From Prochlorococcaceae cyanobacterium (lineage in GTDB: Bacteria > Cyanobacteriota > Cyanobacteriia > PCC-6307 > Cyanobiaceae), in assembly GCA_044356735.1 (NCBI GenBank), contig JBIKVR010000001.1, positions 145 through 64,144 of the forward strand: a stretch of 64,000 nt of DNA. The letters are read 5' to 3'. The notes beneath the pieces were generated by a model. It was not told the origin of the DNA, searched no databases, and saw nothing but the letters and a program-made list of their open reading frames with translations. Positions 1 through 8,492 of this stretch are shown one piece after another. A program made the translations under genes and the position numbers. The stretch's first letter is position 1. The number at the start of each line of letters is the position of its first letter.

Positions 1-612
1 AACGGTTGTTGCACACTTGGTTTCAATTTCTTCGCGGACAAGATCAGCCCCTGAAATCCAGCGCAGAAAGGAAGGCTCGGCAAGCTCCTCTGCGAGCCTA
101 ATCCGAATGAGCTTATCAGGATAAATGAATCTCTGGCGCAAATACCCCCTGAAAAGACTCAATCTGCCAACATAATCCTTATTGCCATTAAATCGGCAAG
201 CAAGAAGATCGCCTGTGCGGACTTCATATTGGTCAAGCAGCTTATCGTCAATTCCCGAGATGAGCTTGGACTCCTCCTCAGCGACCAAGCCATCTGGGCG
301 AGCTGTACCAGCGCTAATCCTCAATATCGGAACACCATCGAGGGCATCATCTGGTTTTCGGGAATAACCGTTACGAGTATCCTCGCTGAGAAGTCCAGCC
401 AATGGAACGTACAGCCAAAAGTCTGGAATGAGGTCACAAGGTTTTGCTTGAGGAGCAAGCCTGCAGAAGGTCCGCTCATCTATTTCCTCCGGATCCTGCT
501 CCACCAGCTTCCCGCGCACCGCCAGATCCAGGATGAAGCGGCGCAGGCGGGGGATGGCGTCCGGCGCATCGCTGATTCGCTCGAACTGGGCCAGCAGCCG
601 CTCAGCGTTCAT
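1..612 (-). CDS. hsdS: Type I restriction-modification specificity subunit HsdS, N-terminal part (gene runs off the window start)
   Basis: Not in the ORF track because it is truncated by the window edge. Translating from the ATG (rc of cat 610-612) gives MNAERLLAQFERISDAPDAIPRLRRFILDLAVRGKLVEQDPEE..., the conserved HsdS N-terminal helix. Same strand as hsdM/hsdR and 11 nt downstream of the antidote gene. Confidence 0.75.
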   Translation of the reverse strand, partial: MNAERLLAQFERISDAPDAIPRLRRFILDLAVRGKLVEQDPEEIDERTFCRLAPQAKPCDLIPDFWLYVPLAGLLSEDTRNGYSRKPDDALDGVPILRISAGTARPDGLVAEEESKLISGIDDKLLDQYEVRTGDLLACRFNGNKDYVGRLSLFRGYLRQRFIYPDKLIRIRLAEELAEPSFLRWISGADLVREEIETKCATTV

Positions 613-623
613 CTGAATTCATC

Positions 624-956
624 TCAGCCGTCCACAGCTACAGCTTGTACATGCAATTGCAAGCCCAGAGCCTTGATCACCTTCAGTACAGTTGCCAGGC
701 TTGGATTCCCATCGGCACTGAGCGCCCGGTACAAACTCTCACGGCTGAGGCCGGCGTCTCTGGCCACCTGGGTCATCCCCTTGGCCCTGGCGATATCCCC
801 CAGGGCACGGGCGATTCCGGCAATGTCTTCGGCTGCTTCTTCCAGCCAGGCATCGAGATAGGCCGCCATCTCCTCTGGAGTTCTCAGGTGCTCGGCAACG
901 TCATACGGAGAAAGGGTGCCGGCGGAGGGGTGGAGGGCGGCTTTGGTGTTGGTCAT
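624..956 (-). CDS. Addiction-module antidote protein (XRE/HTH antitoxin, HigA-like)
   Basis: 110 aa. The pattern ...PYDVAEHLRTPEEMAAYLDAWLEEA...GMTQVARDAGLSRESLYRALSADGNPSLATVLKVIKALGLQL is the typical probable addiction-module antidote pattern. Its start overlaps the toxin stop by ATGA (953-956). Confidence 0.85.
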   Translation of the reverse strand: MTNTKAALHPSAGTLSPYDVAEHLRTPEEMAAYLDAWLEEAAEDIAGIARALGDIARAKGMTQVARDAGLSRESLYRALSADGNPSLATVLKVIKALGLQLHVQAVAVDG

Positions 957-1255
957 TGGGAATCGCTCAGAAATGATCGGTTCAGTTCGAGAGCCCTGGC
1001 AATATCTCTGGCCTGGGTTGCTTTGCTGCCACCGGCCAGGAGCAACAGGAGTTCATCGCCTCGGATGCTGTAGTACACCCTGTAGCCAGGCCCCAAATCA
1101 ATCTTCAGTTCCGACACTCCCTCGGTGAGATTGCGGTGATTGCCAGGGTTGCCGTGAATGAGGCGGTCGACGCGCATCAGCACCCGAGCCCGGCCGGCTG
1201 AATCCTTGAGGTTGTCGATCCACTGGGCATAGGCCTCCGACCTGAGAACCTTCAC
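953..1255 (-). CDS. Addiction-module killer protein (RelE/HigB-like toxin)
   Basis: 100 aa. MKVLRSEAYAQWIDNLKDSAGRARVLMRVDRLIHGNPGNHRNLTEGVSELKIDLGPGYRVYYSIRGDELLLLLAGGSK matches the putative addiction-module killer family pattern. Lies 35 nt downstream of hsdM. Confidence 0.85.
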   Translation of the reverse strand: MKVLRSEAYAQWIDNLKDSAGRARVLMRVDRLIHGNPGNHRNLTEGVSELKIDLGPGYRVYYSIRGDELLLLLAGGSKATQARDIARALELNRSFLSDSQ

Positions 1256-1290
1256 GGCATCACTGTAGCCCCTGAGCTACGCATCGGCGT

Positions 1291-2748
1291 TCATCGCAAC
1301 AGCGCCTCCGCCAGGATCGCCTTGAGCTGGTCGCGCAGGTCGGCGGCTTTCTGCTCCGACTCCCGCAGGCTGGCCAGCACCTCTTCGGGGTCGCCGTGGT
1401 CGGCGGCCACGGTGTGGGGGTTTTTGAGGTCGAGGTTGTAGTTGCACTCCTGGATCTGGGCGATCGGCACCCGCCAGGCCTGCTCGGTTTCGGCGCGACC
1501 CTCGCGGCTGGGGCCGCCCCACCAGGCCACGCAATCGGCAAAATGCTCCTGCTTGATCGGGCGGGTCATCGAGTAGGCCTTCTGGCCCTCGGGCACGCGG
1601 TGCTCGTAGTACCAGATCTCCTGGGTGGGGGTGCCCTTCTCAAAAAACAACAGATTGGTGCCGATGCTGGCATAGGGACGGAAAACGGAATTGGGCAGCC
1701 GCACGATCGTGTGCAGGTTGCATTCAGCCAACAAGCGCTCCTTCAGCCGCGTTTTGACGCCCTCGCCGAACAAGCTGCCATCGGGCAACACAATCGCGGC
1801 CCGGCCGCCGGGCTTGAGCAGGCGGATGAACAGGGCCAGGAACAAATCAGCGGTTTCGCGGGTGCGGAACTGGGCCGGAAAATTATCCTGAATGCCGTCT
1901 TCCTCCACACCCCCAAAGGGCGGATTGGTAAGGATCAGATCCACCTGATCGGCCGTGCCGTAGCTGGTGTAGGGCCTGGCCAGGCTGTTGTCATGCAGCA
2001 CGAAGCTGGGATCCTCGATCCCATGCAGCAGCATGTTGGTAACGCAGAGCATGTGGGGCAGCTGCTTCTTCTCGGTGGCCCGCAGCCCCGCCTGCATCGC
2101 CTGTTCAGCGGCGATGGTTGTTACATGCTGCTCGCGCATGTGGCGAATGGCGCAGGTGAGGAAGCCGCCGGTGCCCACGGAGGTGTCGAGCAGCAGCTCA
2201 CCGGGTTTGGGGTCCAGCCGCTCCACCATGAAGCTGGTCACCCCGCGCGGCGTGTAGTACTCACCGGCATTGCCGGCGCTCTGCAGGTCGTTGAGCAGCT
2301 GCTCGTAGATATCGCCAAAGTTTTGCCGCTCGCTGAGATTATTGAAATCAACGCCGTTGATCTTGTTCACCACCTGCCGCAGCAGCTGGCCCGATTTCAT
2401 GTAGTTATAGGCATCGCGAAATACCTCCTGCACCACCTTGGCTCGGTTGGGATTGGAGCCCTTGAGCGGCATCTCCTTGAGATAAAGAAACAGCTCCTGG
2501 TTGATGAACTCCAGCAAGCCATCCCCCGTGATCCCCTCTTCATCGGCAGCCCAGCTGCGCCATTGCAGATGCTCCGGGATGGGGGAGCTGTAGTTGTCTT
2601 CTGTGAGTTCGAGGGCCTGGTCTTGGTCGTCGATGATCTTGAGGAAGAACAGCCAGCACAGCTGCGACAGGCGCTGGGCATCACCATCAACGCCCACGTC
2701 CTTGCGCATGATGTCCTGAATCGCCTTGACCGCCGTACGGGCCGACAT
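1291..2748 (-). CDS. hsdM: Type I R-M DNA methyltransferase subunit HsdM
   Basis: The ORF 1291..2856 contains MSARTAVKAIQDIMRKDVGVDGDAQRLSQLCWLFFLKIIDD... and the LILTNPPFGG methylase motif. I place the start at the ATG at 2746-2748, which sits 1 nt from the hsdR stop (tca 2750-2752). The 36 upstream codons look like read-through. Confidence 0.93.
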   Translation of the reverse strand: MSARTAVKAIQDIMRKDVGVDGDAQRLSQLCWLFFLKIIDDQDQALELTEDNYSSPIPEHLQWRSWAADEEGITGDGLLEFINQELFLYLKEMPLKGSNPNRAKVVQEVFRDAYNYMKSGQLLRQVVNKINGVDFNNLSERQNFGDIYEQLLNDLQSAGNAGEYYTPRGVTSFMVERLDPKPGELLLDTSVGTGGFLTCAIRHMREQHVTTIAAEQAMQAGLRATEKKQLPHMLCVTNMLLHGIEDPSFVLHDNSLARPYTSYGTADQVDLILTNPPFGGVEEDGIQDNFPAQFRTRETADLFLALFIRLLKPGGRAAIVLPDGSLFGEGVKTRLKERLLAECNLHTIVRLPNSVFRPYASIGTNLLFFEKGTPTQEIWYYEHRVPEGQKAYSMTRPIKQEHFADCVAWWGGPSREGRAETEQAWRVPIAQIQECNYNLDLKNPHTVAADHGDPEEVLASLRESEQKAADLRDQLKAILAEALLR

Positions 2749-2749
2749 C

Positions 2750-5209
2750 TCAGGCGGCCTCCCCGTAGAGGGCGGTCTGCAGGTCGTGCACCGCCCGCTC
2801 GAAACCAGCCTTCGAGCCGAAGGGACGCAGCAGCTCCAGTTGGGTGCCCATGGCACTGAACGGTGGAATCCGCAGGATTTTCACGTCGGCCAGCTCGTCC
2901 ACCACGCCGCCATCCTGGTACTTGGCCAGCAGGGCCTCCAGCACTGCCCGGGCCTGGGGGCCATAGCGGCTGTACACCCCTTGCTTTTGCACCCGTGCGG
3001 CGCGCTCGCGGCGGGATAGGGGCGGCTGGTCGTAGGCGATGTGGCAGATCAAATCAAAAGGATCGAGCTCCAGGCCCAGCTCCTCCTGCAGCGGCTCCAG
3101 CAGCAGCCCCTCCTCCGCCAGCTCCTGGATGATCGTGGCCTTGCGCTGCTCCCCCCGCCAGCGACGCAGGAAGACATCGAGGCTGGCGTACTGCTCGCGC
3201 ACCGTCTTGCGGCTGTAATCGCGTAGAGATTCCGTCACCAGCTTGCCGTTTTCATCCAGGTATTCGATCCGCTCGGTGAGCACGCGCACCGGCTTGCCCT
3301 TGATGTAGTACTTCTGACGTGGCTCGCCGGGAGGCTGAGGGTCTGGGGGATTGGGATTCACCAGAATGGACTCTTCCCCGTTGTCGCCGCAGTCCTCTTC
3401 GTCCGGATCCTCATTCAGCGGATCCGTCTCGCCGGTGGATTGCTCCGGCGGCAGCGGTGGATCATCTTCGCCTGGCTCGTAGATCTGTACCGGCTCGCCA
3501 TCAAACCCCGGATCCGCAAAATGCTTGCTGGCTTTGCGGAAATCCACCAGGGTGAAGTAAAACTTCTGGCTGTCGGCATGCACCCGCGTGCCGCGTCCCA
3601 CGATCTGCTTGAACTCGGTCATCGAGCCCACCTCCCGATCGAGCACGATCAGCCGGCAGGTCTGGGCGTCCACGCCCGTGGAGAGCAAGCGCGAGGTGGT
3701 GACAAGCACCGGCCAAGGATTCATCGGATCGATGAAGTCATCGAGGGCCTTCATGCCCTCCTCATCGTTGCCAGTGATGCGCATCACATAGCGGCCGTTG
3801 GCCTGCACCAGATCCTGGTTTTCATTGATCAGCGCCTGGCGCATCATCAGGGCGTGCTCGGTGTCCACACAGAACACGATCGTTTTCTGCATCCGATCGC
3901 CGCTGGCCTTGAGGTAATCGCTGATCCACTTCGCCACCCGGAGGGTGCGTGCATCGATCACCAGCAAGCGATCAAAATCCTTCTGGTTGTAGAGGCGATC
4001 CTCGATCTCCATACCGCGATCATCCACCTCTCCAGGCTTCGGGCGATAGCCCTCCACATCAATATCGAGATGCACGCGGATCACCTTGTAGGGCGCCAGG
4101 AAGCCATCGCGTATGCCCTGCTTTAGCGAATAGGTGTAGAGCGGTTCGCCAAAATAATCGATATTCGACACATACTTGGTTTCCTTCGGCGTTGCGGTAA
4201 GGCCGATCTGGGTGGCGGCGCTGAAATACTCCAGGATCTCGCGCCAGGCCGAATCCTCCGCCGCGCTGCCGCGGTGGCATTCATCCACCACGATCAGATC
4301 GAAGAAGCCCGGTGAGAATTCTTTGTAGAGCTTCTGGCGCTCCTCCGGCCCGGTGAGCGCCTGGTAGAGACCCAGATAGACCTCATAGGAGGTGTCGATG
4401 CGGCGCTGCTTATTCAACGCCAGCGCGATCGTTTCCAGGCTGCCATCAGTCCGCTCAATGGTTTTTGAGGCCGTGCTCAACTTGGCCATCGCCGGCCCAA
4501 ATGGCCGGAAGTCGTTGACCATCGTCTGGTTCACCAGCACGTTGCGATCTGCCAGAAACAGGATTCGCTTCTTTTGCCCCGCCTTCCAAAGCCGCCAGAT
4601 GATCTGAAAGGCGGTGAATGTTTTGCCCGTTCCGGTGGCCATCACCAGCAGAATGCGCTGCTGGCCTTTGGTGATCGCCTCCACCGTGGCCTGGATGGCA
4701 TTTATCTGGTAATAGCGCGGGTCTTTCCTTTTGCCACCGACGTAATAGGGATGCAGCACCACCTTCTCCTGTTGGGGCGTGAAGCCCTTCCAGCGGCTAT
4801 AGCGGCGCCAGAGATCCTCGGGGCTGGGGAAGGCCTTAAGGGCCAGGGTGGTTTCGCGTTCTTCGCTCTGGCCGGTGCGGTCGTGGAAAACGAAGCCATC
4901 GCCGTTGGAGGCAAACACAAACGGCGTGTTCAAGGCCTTGGCATAGGCCAGGGCCTGCTGCAGGCCGTCGCCGATGGCGTGGCTGTTGTCCTTGGCCTCG
5001 ATCACCGCCAGGGGCACACCCTCGTACACCAGCAGGTAGTCGGCCCGCTTGCACCGGCCCCGGCTCACCAGCCGCCCGCGCACGATGATGCGGCCATCGG
5101 TGAACGAATACTCGCGCCGCATTCGCTCCAACAGCCAGCCGGCCTGCTGCAGCGCCGGTGTGATGAAGCGATCGCAGATCTCGGTTTCGCTGAGGGCGCG
5201 CTTGGTCAT
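2750..5209 (-). CDS. hsdR: Type I restriction endonuclease subunit HsdR
   Basis: 819 aa. N-terminal nuclease region (ADYLLVYEG...IEAKD), helicase motifs LLVMATGTGKT and VVDECHRGSA, and the typical HsdR C-terminal domain. Confidence 0.95.
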   Translation of the reverse strand: MTKRALSETEICDRFITPALQQAGWLLERMRREYSFTDGRIIVRGRLVSRGRCKRADYLLVYEGVPLAVIEAKDNSHAIGDGLQQALAYAKALNTPFVFASNGDGFVFHDRTGQSEERETTLALKAFPSPEDLWRRYSRWKGFTPQQEKVVLHPYYVGGKRKDPRYYQINAIQATVEAITKGQQRILLVMATGTGKTFTAFQIIWRLWKAGQKKRILFLADRNVLVNQTMVNDFRPFGPAMAKLSTASKTIERTDGSLETIALALNKQRRIDTSYEVYLGLYQALTGPEERQKLYKEFSPGFFDLIVVDECHRGSAAEDSAWREILEYFSAATQIGLTATPKETKYVSNIDYFGEPLYTYSLKQGIRDGFLAPYKVIRVHLDIDVEGYRPKPGEVDDRGMEIEDRLYNQKDFDRLLVIDARTLRVAKWISDYLKASGDRMQKTIVFCVDTEHALMMRQALINENQDLVQANGRYVMRITGNDEEGMKALDDFIDPMNPWPVLVTTSRLLSTGVDAQTCRLIVLDREVGSMTEFKQIVGRGTRVHADSQKFYFTLVDFRKASKHFADPGFDGEPVQIYEPGEDDPPLPPEQSTGETDPLNEDPDEEDCGDNGEESILVNPNPPDPQPPGEPRQKYYIKGKPVRVLTERIEYLDENGKLVTESLRDYSRKTVREQYASLDVFLRRWRGEQRKATIIQELAEEGLLLEPLQEELGLELDPFDLICHIAYDQPPLSRRERAARVQKQGVYSRYGPQARAVLEALLAKYQDGGVVDELADVKILRIPPFSAMGTQLELLRPFGSKAGFERAVHDLQTALYGEAA

Positions 5210-5655
5210 CGGCTGGCGGGTAGCGGACGGACCCGCGCAAAAGCTAGAAGGGATCGTGCCATTCGCGAATTCGGGAGCTAACCAAGCGGCTTAGCTAGAG
5301 CGTACAAAAATTGACAAAAGTCTGGGCGCGGCTCTGGGCCCCAAATCGGCTCCATCCGGAGCTCCACCAGCTGGGTGAACATTCCTCGAAGCTGGTCATT
5401 CACGCAGCCACGCGTGAATTGCTGCCGCTGGTGGCGCTTCGATGAGCACGCTCCCATCAACGGCGTTCGCGACCGCTGGCAGCAACTCCTGCTCGCCGGC
5501 CGCCCCGAGGAGGCAAGGGAAGTGGCCCTGCACCGCCTGCACGTGGCCGAGGTGGTGAGGTGTGAGGTGGTCCTCCTGGCCTGCCTTCACCCGGCCATGC
5601 CCCCTGGGCCGCCAAGCCGCCTAAGTAATCTCGGCCCAGGGCTTTCCCGGTGTGC

Positions 5656-5817
5656 ATGGACTGGCAACCAGAAGCAGAGCAGCAACTCAAGGAAGTGCCT
5701 TTTTTTGTGCGGCCGATCGTGCGCAAGCGGATCGAGAAATTGGCCGAGGAGGCCGGGCTATCGAGCGTGGATACAGCCTTCTACCAGCAGTCGAAGGCCA
5801 AGTTCGGGGAAAAGTGA
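5656..5817 (+). CDS. Small PCP-reductase-family protein (53 aa, below the ORF-track cutoff)
   Basis: My translation is MDWQPEAEQQLKEVPFFVRPIVRKRIEKLAEEAGLSSVDTAFYQQSKAKFGEK*. This matches the small cyanobacterial protein resembling the C-terminal domain of protochlorophyllide reductase subunit B. Confidence 0.7.
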   Translation: MDWQPEAEQQLKEVPFFVRPIVRKRIEKLAEEAGLSSVDTAFYQQSKAKFGEK

Positions 5818-5881
5818 GCAACTGCTGACATCCCCCAGGCGGTGATGGGGTAAAAGGGGGGTAAGGTTTTGTTTAGAACTG

Positions 5882-6079
5882 ATGTCGCAGTCGAAGCGCG
5901 AACAGGTGGTCAGCCACCTGCGCTACATCCGCCAGGAACTGCGAGAAATGCACCAAGGCGTTATGGATGACGGCCTGTTGCCGGAAGCCGGCGAAGTTCG
6001 CGGCGTCATGGCCCAGATGGAGGCACTGCTGGAGTTGTTGGAGGGCAAGACCTCCCGGAAGAAAGATCCAGAGGCCTAA
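5882..6079 (+). CDS. Hypothetical small protein (65 aa)
   Basis: ATG-initiated ORF with protein-like helical composition (MSQSKREQVVSHLRYIRQELREMHQGV...). No family recognised. Confidence 0.35.
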   Translation: MSQSKREQVVSHLRYIRQELREMHQGVMDDGLLPEAGEVRGVMAQMEALLELLEGKTSRKKDPEA

Positions 6080-6180
6080 CCAGCGCAGCCAGGTCACCCC
6101 TGAACCATCAATTCCAGCAAGTGAAGGTCAGGCAAGTGGCCTAAGCGGCCAAGGGAGCAGTTTGGAGACTGAAACGAAAT

Positions 6181-6210
6181 TTTGATTTAAATCTCTCTTT
6201 GATTTAAATC
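6181..6210. promoter_or_regulatory. Two copies of the AT-rich perfect palindrome GATTTAAATC (candidate operator)
   Basis: TTTGATTTAAATC occurs at 6181-6193 and again at 6198-6210, 17 bp apart. Each copy contains the 10-bp palindrome GATTTAAATC. The site is in an intergenic region about 130 bp upstream of the ycf20-like gene and stands out against the high-GC background. Confidence 0.3.
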
Positions 6211-6337
6211 CCCTATGGATGGGGGCTAAAGGGCTTGCATGACACCAGAGATGGTGTAGACCAGGTGCGGCAGGGCCAGGCCGGGTGATGGGTACCACCA
6301 GCCATCTATTGCGTCCTGCCAACCCTTTTTTCACGTC

Positions 6338-6667
6338 GTGCCGCAAACCCGCTTCCAACGTCAGGTGATTGGGGCGGCCAGCAACCTGGTGCGCTGGGCG
6401 GCCAACCCCTGGCGGAGGCTCTCCCTGCTCGTGATCGTGCTGCTGGCCAGCTTCAGCATCGGCGGTGCCCTGGGCTCGATCACCGGCGCCCTGGCCAAGC
6501 TGGATCCCCTCTCCGCCGGTTTCAGCGTGGCCCTGATGGAGCTGGCGATCCGGGCCCGGGGCCCCCTGCAAAGCCAACCGGGCGATCGGCTCGGCCTGCA
6601 ACTGCTGGACATGGCCCGCATCGGCCTGCTCTACGGCCTGCTGATCGATGGCTTCAAATTGGTGTGA
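6338..6667 (+). CDS. Ycf20-like / DUF565 membrane protein
   Basis: 109 aa. The pattern ...NPWRRLSLLVIVLLASFSIGGALGSITGALAKLDPLSAGF...LLDMARIGLLYGLLIDGFKLV is the typical Ycf20/DUF565 pattern. Confidence 0.75.
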   Translation: MPQTRFQRQVIGAASNLVRWAANPWRRLSLLVIVLLASFSIGGALGSITGALAKLDPLSAGFSVALMELAIRARGPLQSQPGDRLGLQLLDMARIGLLYGLLIDGFKLV

Positions 6668-6670
6668 GCC

Positions 6671-7702
6671 TCAGCTGGCTTCGCCGGCAGCCAGCAGGTA
6701 CAGCAGCGCCATGCGCACGGGAATGCCATTGGTCACCTGCTCGTCCACCAGGGAGATGGCCGGATCATCGAGCAGTTCCCCCGCCAGTTCCACGCCCCGA
6801 TTCACCGGCCCCGGATGCAGCACCGGCACGTGTTTACCGCAGTGGGCCAAACGCCGGTGGCTGAGGCCGTACTGGCGGTGATAGGCATCGAGGCTGGTGA
6901 TCATCTGCTGCTGCATGCGCTCCTTCTGCAGCCGCAGGGTCATCACCGCATCCACCCCCTCAAGGGCCCGATCCAGCTGGCGCTCAATCGCAATCCGGCC
7001 CCGCTGGGGCACCGGATCCACGGCCTGGCCCGGCGGCGGCCCGTCCACAAAGGCGGCGAAGGCCTCGGGCAGCAGCGTGGCGGGACCGCAGAGCACCACA
7101 TCAGCCCCACAGGCGGTTAGGGCCCAGAGGTTGGAGCGAGCCACCCGGGAATGCAGCACATCGCCCACGATGGCAATGCGCCGGCCGGCCAGGGCAGCGG
7201 GGCTGGGGGCATCGGGCGCGAAATAACGCGCCAGGGTGAACAGATCCAGCAGGCCCTGGCTGGGATGGCTATGCAGGCCATCGCCGGCATTGAGCACCGC
7301 CACCCGCTCGCCGTCTCGATCAAGCTCCGCCGCCAACTGCTGGGGTACCCCGGCGCAGCGATGACGCACCACCAGCAGGTTCGCCCCCATCGCCAGATAG
7401 GTGCGGGCCGTATCCAGCAGGCTCTCGCCCTTGCTCAGGGAACTGGAGGCCGGCGAAAAACTCTGCACATCCGCCGAAAGTCGCTTGGCGGCAATTTCAA
7501 AAGAGCTGCGGGTGCGGGTGCTGGGCTCAAAGAACAAACTGGTCACCAAGCGGCCCTGCAGGGCCGGCAATTTGCGCGCCCCCGCCACCGGCAGGCAGCG
7601 AAACCGCTGGGCCAGTTCCAGCACGGTGGCGAAATCCTGCCGCGAAAAGGCCGCCAGATCGATCACGTGGCGGTGATGCCAGCCGCTCAAACCGCTTCCC
7701 AC
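6671..7702 (-). CDS. pyrB: Aspartate carbamoyltransferase catalytic subunit
   Basis: 343 aa with [21 protein letters not shown] and [11 protein letters not shown] motifs. Confidence 0.95.
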   Translation of the reverse strand: MGSGLSGWHHRHVIDLAAFSRQDFATVLELAQRFRCLPVAGARKLPALQGRLVTSLFFEPSTRTRSSFEIAAKRLSADVQSFSPASSSLSKGESLLDTARTYLAMGANLLVVRHRCAGVPQQLAAELDRDGERVAVLNAGDGLHSHPSQGLLDLFTLARYFAPDAPSPAALAGRRIAIVGDVLHSRVARSNLWALTACGADVVLCGPATLLPEAFAAFVDGPPPGQAVDPVPQRGRIAIERQLDRALEGVDAVMTLRLQKERMQQQMITSLDAYHRQYGLSHRRLAHCGKHVPVLHPGPVNRGVELAGELLDDPAISLVDEQVTNGIPVRMALLYLLAAGEAS

Positions 7703-7829
7703 AGCCAGAGCACCAACCTAGGGGCTCGCCCGGGGGCATCCCCAGCTGTCAGCGCCCCAAAGCCAAAACCGATCAGCTCAAAGACCGATCAGTTCAAAAA
7801 CCGGCCAGCTCAAAAACCCACCAGCCAAC

Positions 7830-8492
7830 TCAAAACGGGCGACTGAGGCTGGCCGAGCCCGCCAAGCCCCAGCGCCAGGCCAGCTGGCCGCCGCGGCTGA
7901 TGCCGATGCGACCACCACGGCTCAAAGCGGAAACGGGCAGGGGTTGGCTGCCTGCGGGCCTGGCGATCCACAGGCCCGATGCATGGCTCACCGGCCGGCC
8001 ATCATCGCCGCGATCGATGCCAAAGCGGCGGGCCAGCAGGCCCGGACCGGCCGCCAGCCGCGGCGGCGCATCGGCCAGGGCCAGCGCCCGCAGCAGCACA
8101 CCATTGGCCCATTCCGCCCGCCCAGTAACCACGTTTACGCAGTGGTGAATGCCATAGCTCACATACACATAAAACCGTCCGGGTTCTCCGAACAGCGTTT
8201 CGTTGCTGGGGCTGCGGCGGCGATGGCCGTGGCAGGCGGGCTCCGATTGGCAATAGGCCTCCGTTTCCACAATCACGCCCCACAACAACTCGCCATTGGC
8301 TTGGCGTTTCAGCAGCAGGCAGCCAATCAGCTCAGGGGCGACGGCTTGGGCGGGGCGAGCGAAAAAGGATTGGGGGAGGGCTGAGAGGGGCTGGATGGGC
8401 GTGGTGGCTATGGCAGTGGCTGGGGGATGGTGCCTTCTTAGATTGGGGCAAAGCAGGTGGTTTGACGTGGGCAAGCCCAAGCGGAGTGGCAT
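7830..8492 (-). CDS. mpg: DNA-3-methyladenine glycosylase (Mpg family)
   Basis: [22 protein letters not shown]...[49 protein letters not shown]. The start is uncertain (ATG at 8492 or 8543). The N-terminal leader before FFARP is unusually long; see the finding on the flanking repeats. Confidence 0.85.
   Translation of the reverse strand: MPLRLGLPTSNHLLCPNLRRHHPPATAIATTPIQPLSALPQSFFARPAQAVAPELIGCLLLKRQANGELLWGVIVETEAYCQSEPACHGHRRRSPSNETLFGEPGRFYVYVSYGIHHCVNVVTGRAEWANGVLLRALALADAPPRLAAGPGLLARRFGIDRGDDGRPVSHASGLWIARPAGSQPLPVSALSRGGRIGISRGGQLAWRWGLAGSASLSRPF
8315..8368. repeat. Direct repeat copy A (mpg 5' coding segment), partner at 10445-10498
   Basis: gcaggcagccaatcagctcaggggcgacggcttgggcggggcgagcgaaaaagg versus gcaggcagccaatcagctcatgggcgacggctggggctgggcgggcaaaaaaag. 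The first 20 nt are identical and overall identity is about 85% by eye. Confidence 0.8.

Noticed and set aside
229-861. 210-aa plus-strand ORF at the window start
   Set aside because: It is antisense to hsdS and the antidote gene, both of which have recognisable family patterns. The translation has no motifs.
5375-5845. 156-aa ORF between hsdR and the ycf20-like region
   Set aside because: It runs across the well-formed 53-aa PCP-reductase-family gene in another frame, and its C-terminal half is clearly non-protein-like. The first ~80 codons (...WWRFDEHAPINGVRDRWQQLLLAGRPEEAREVALHRL...) might be a real small gene or a remnant, but I cannot support that.
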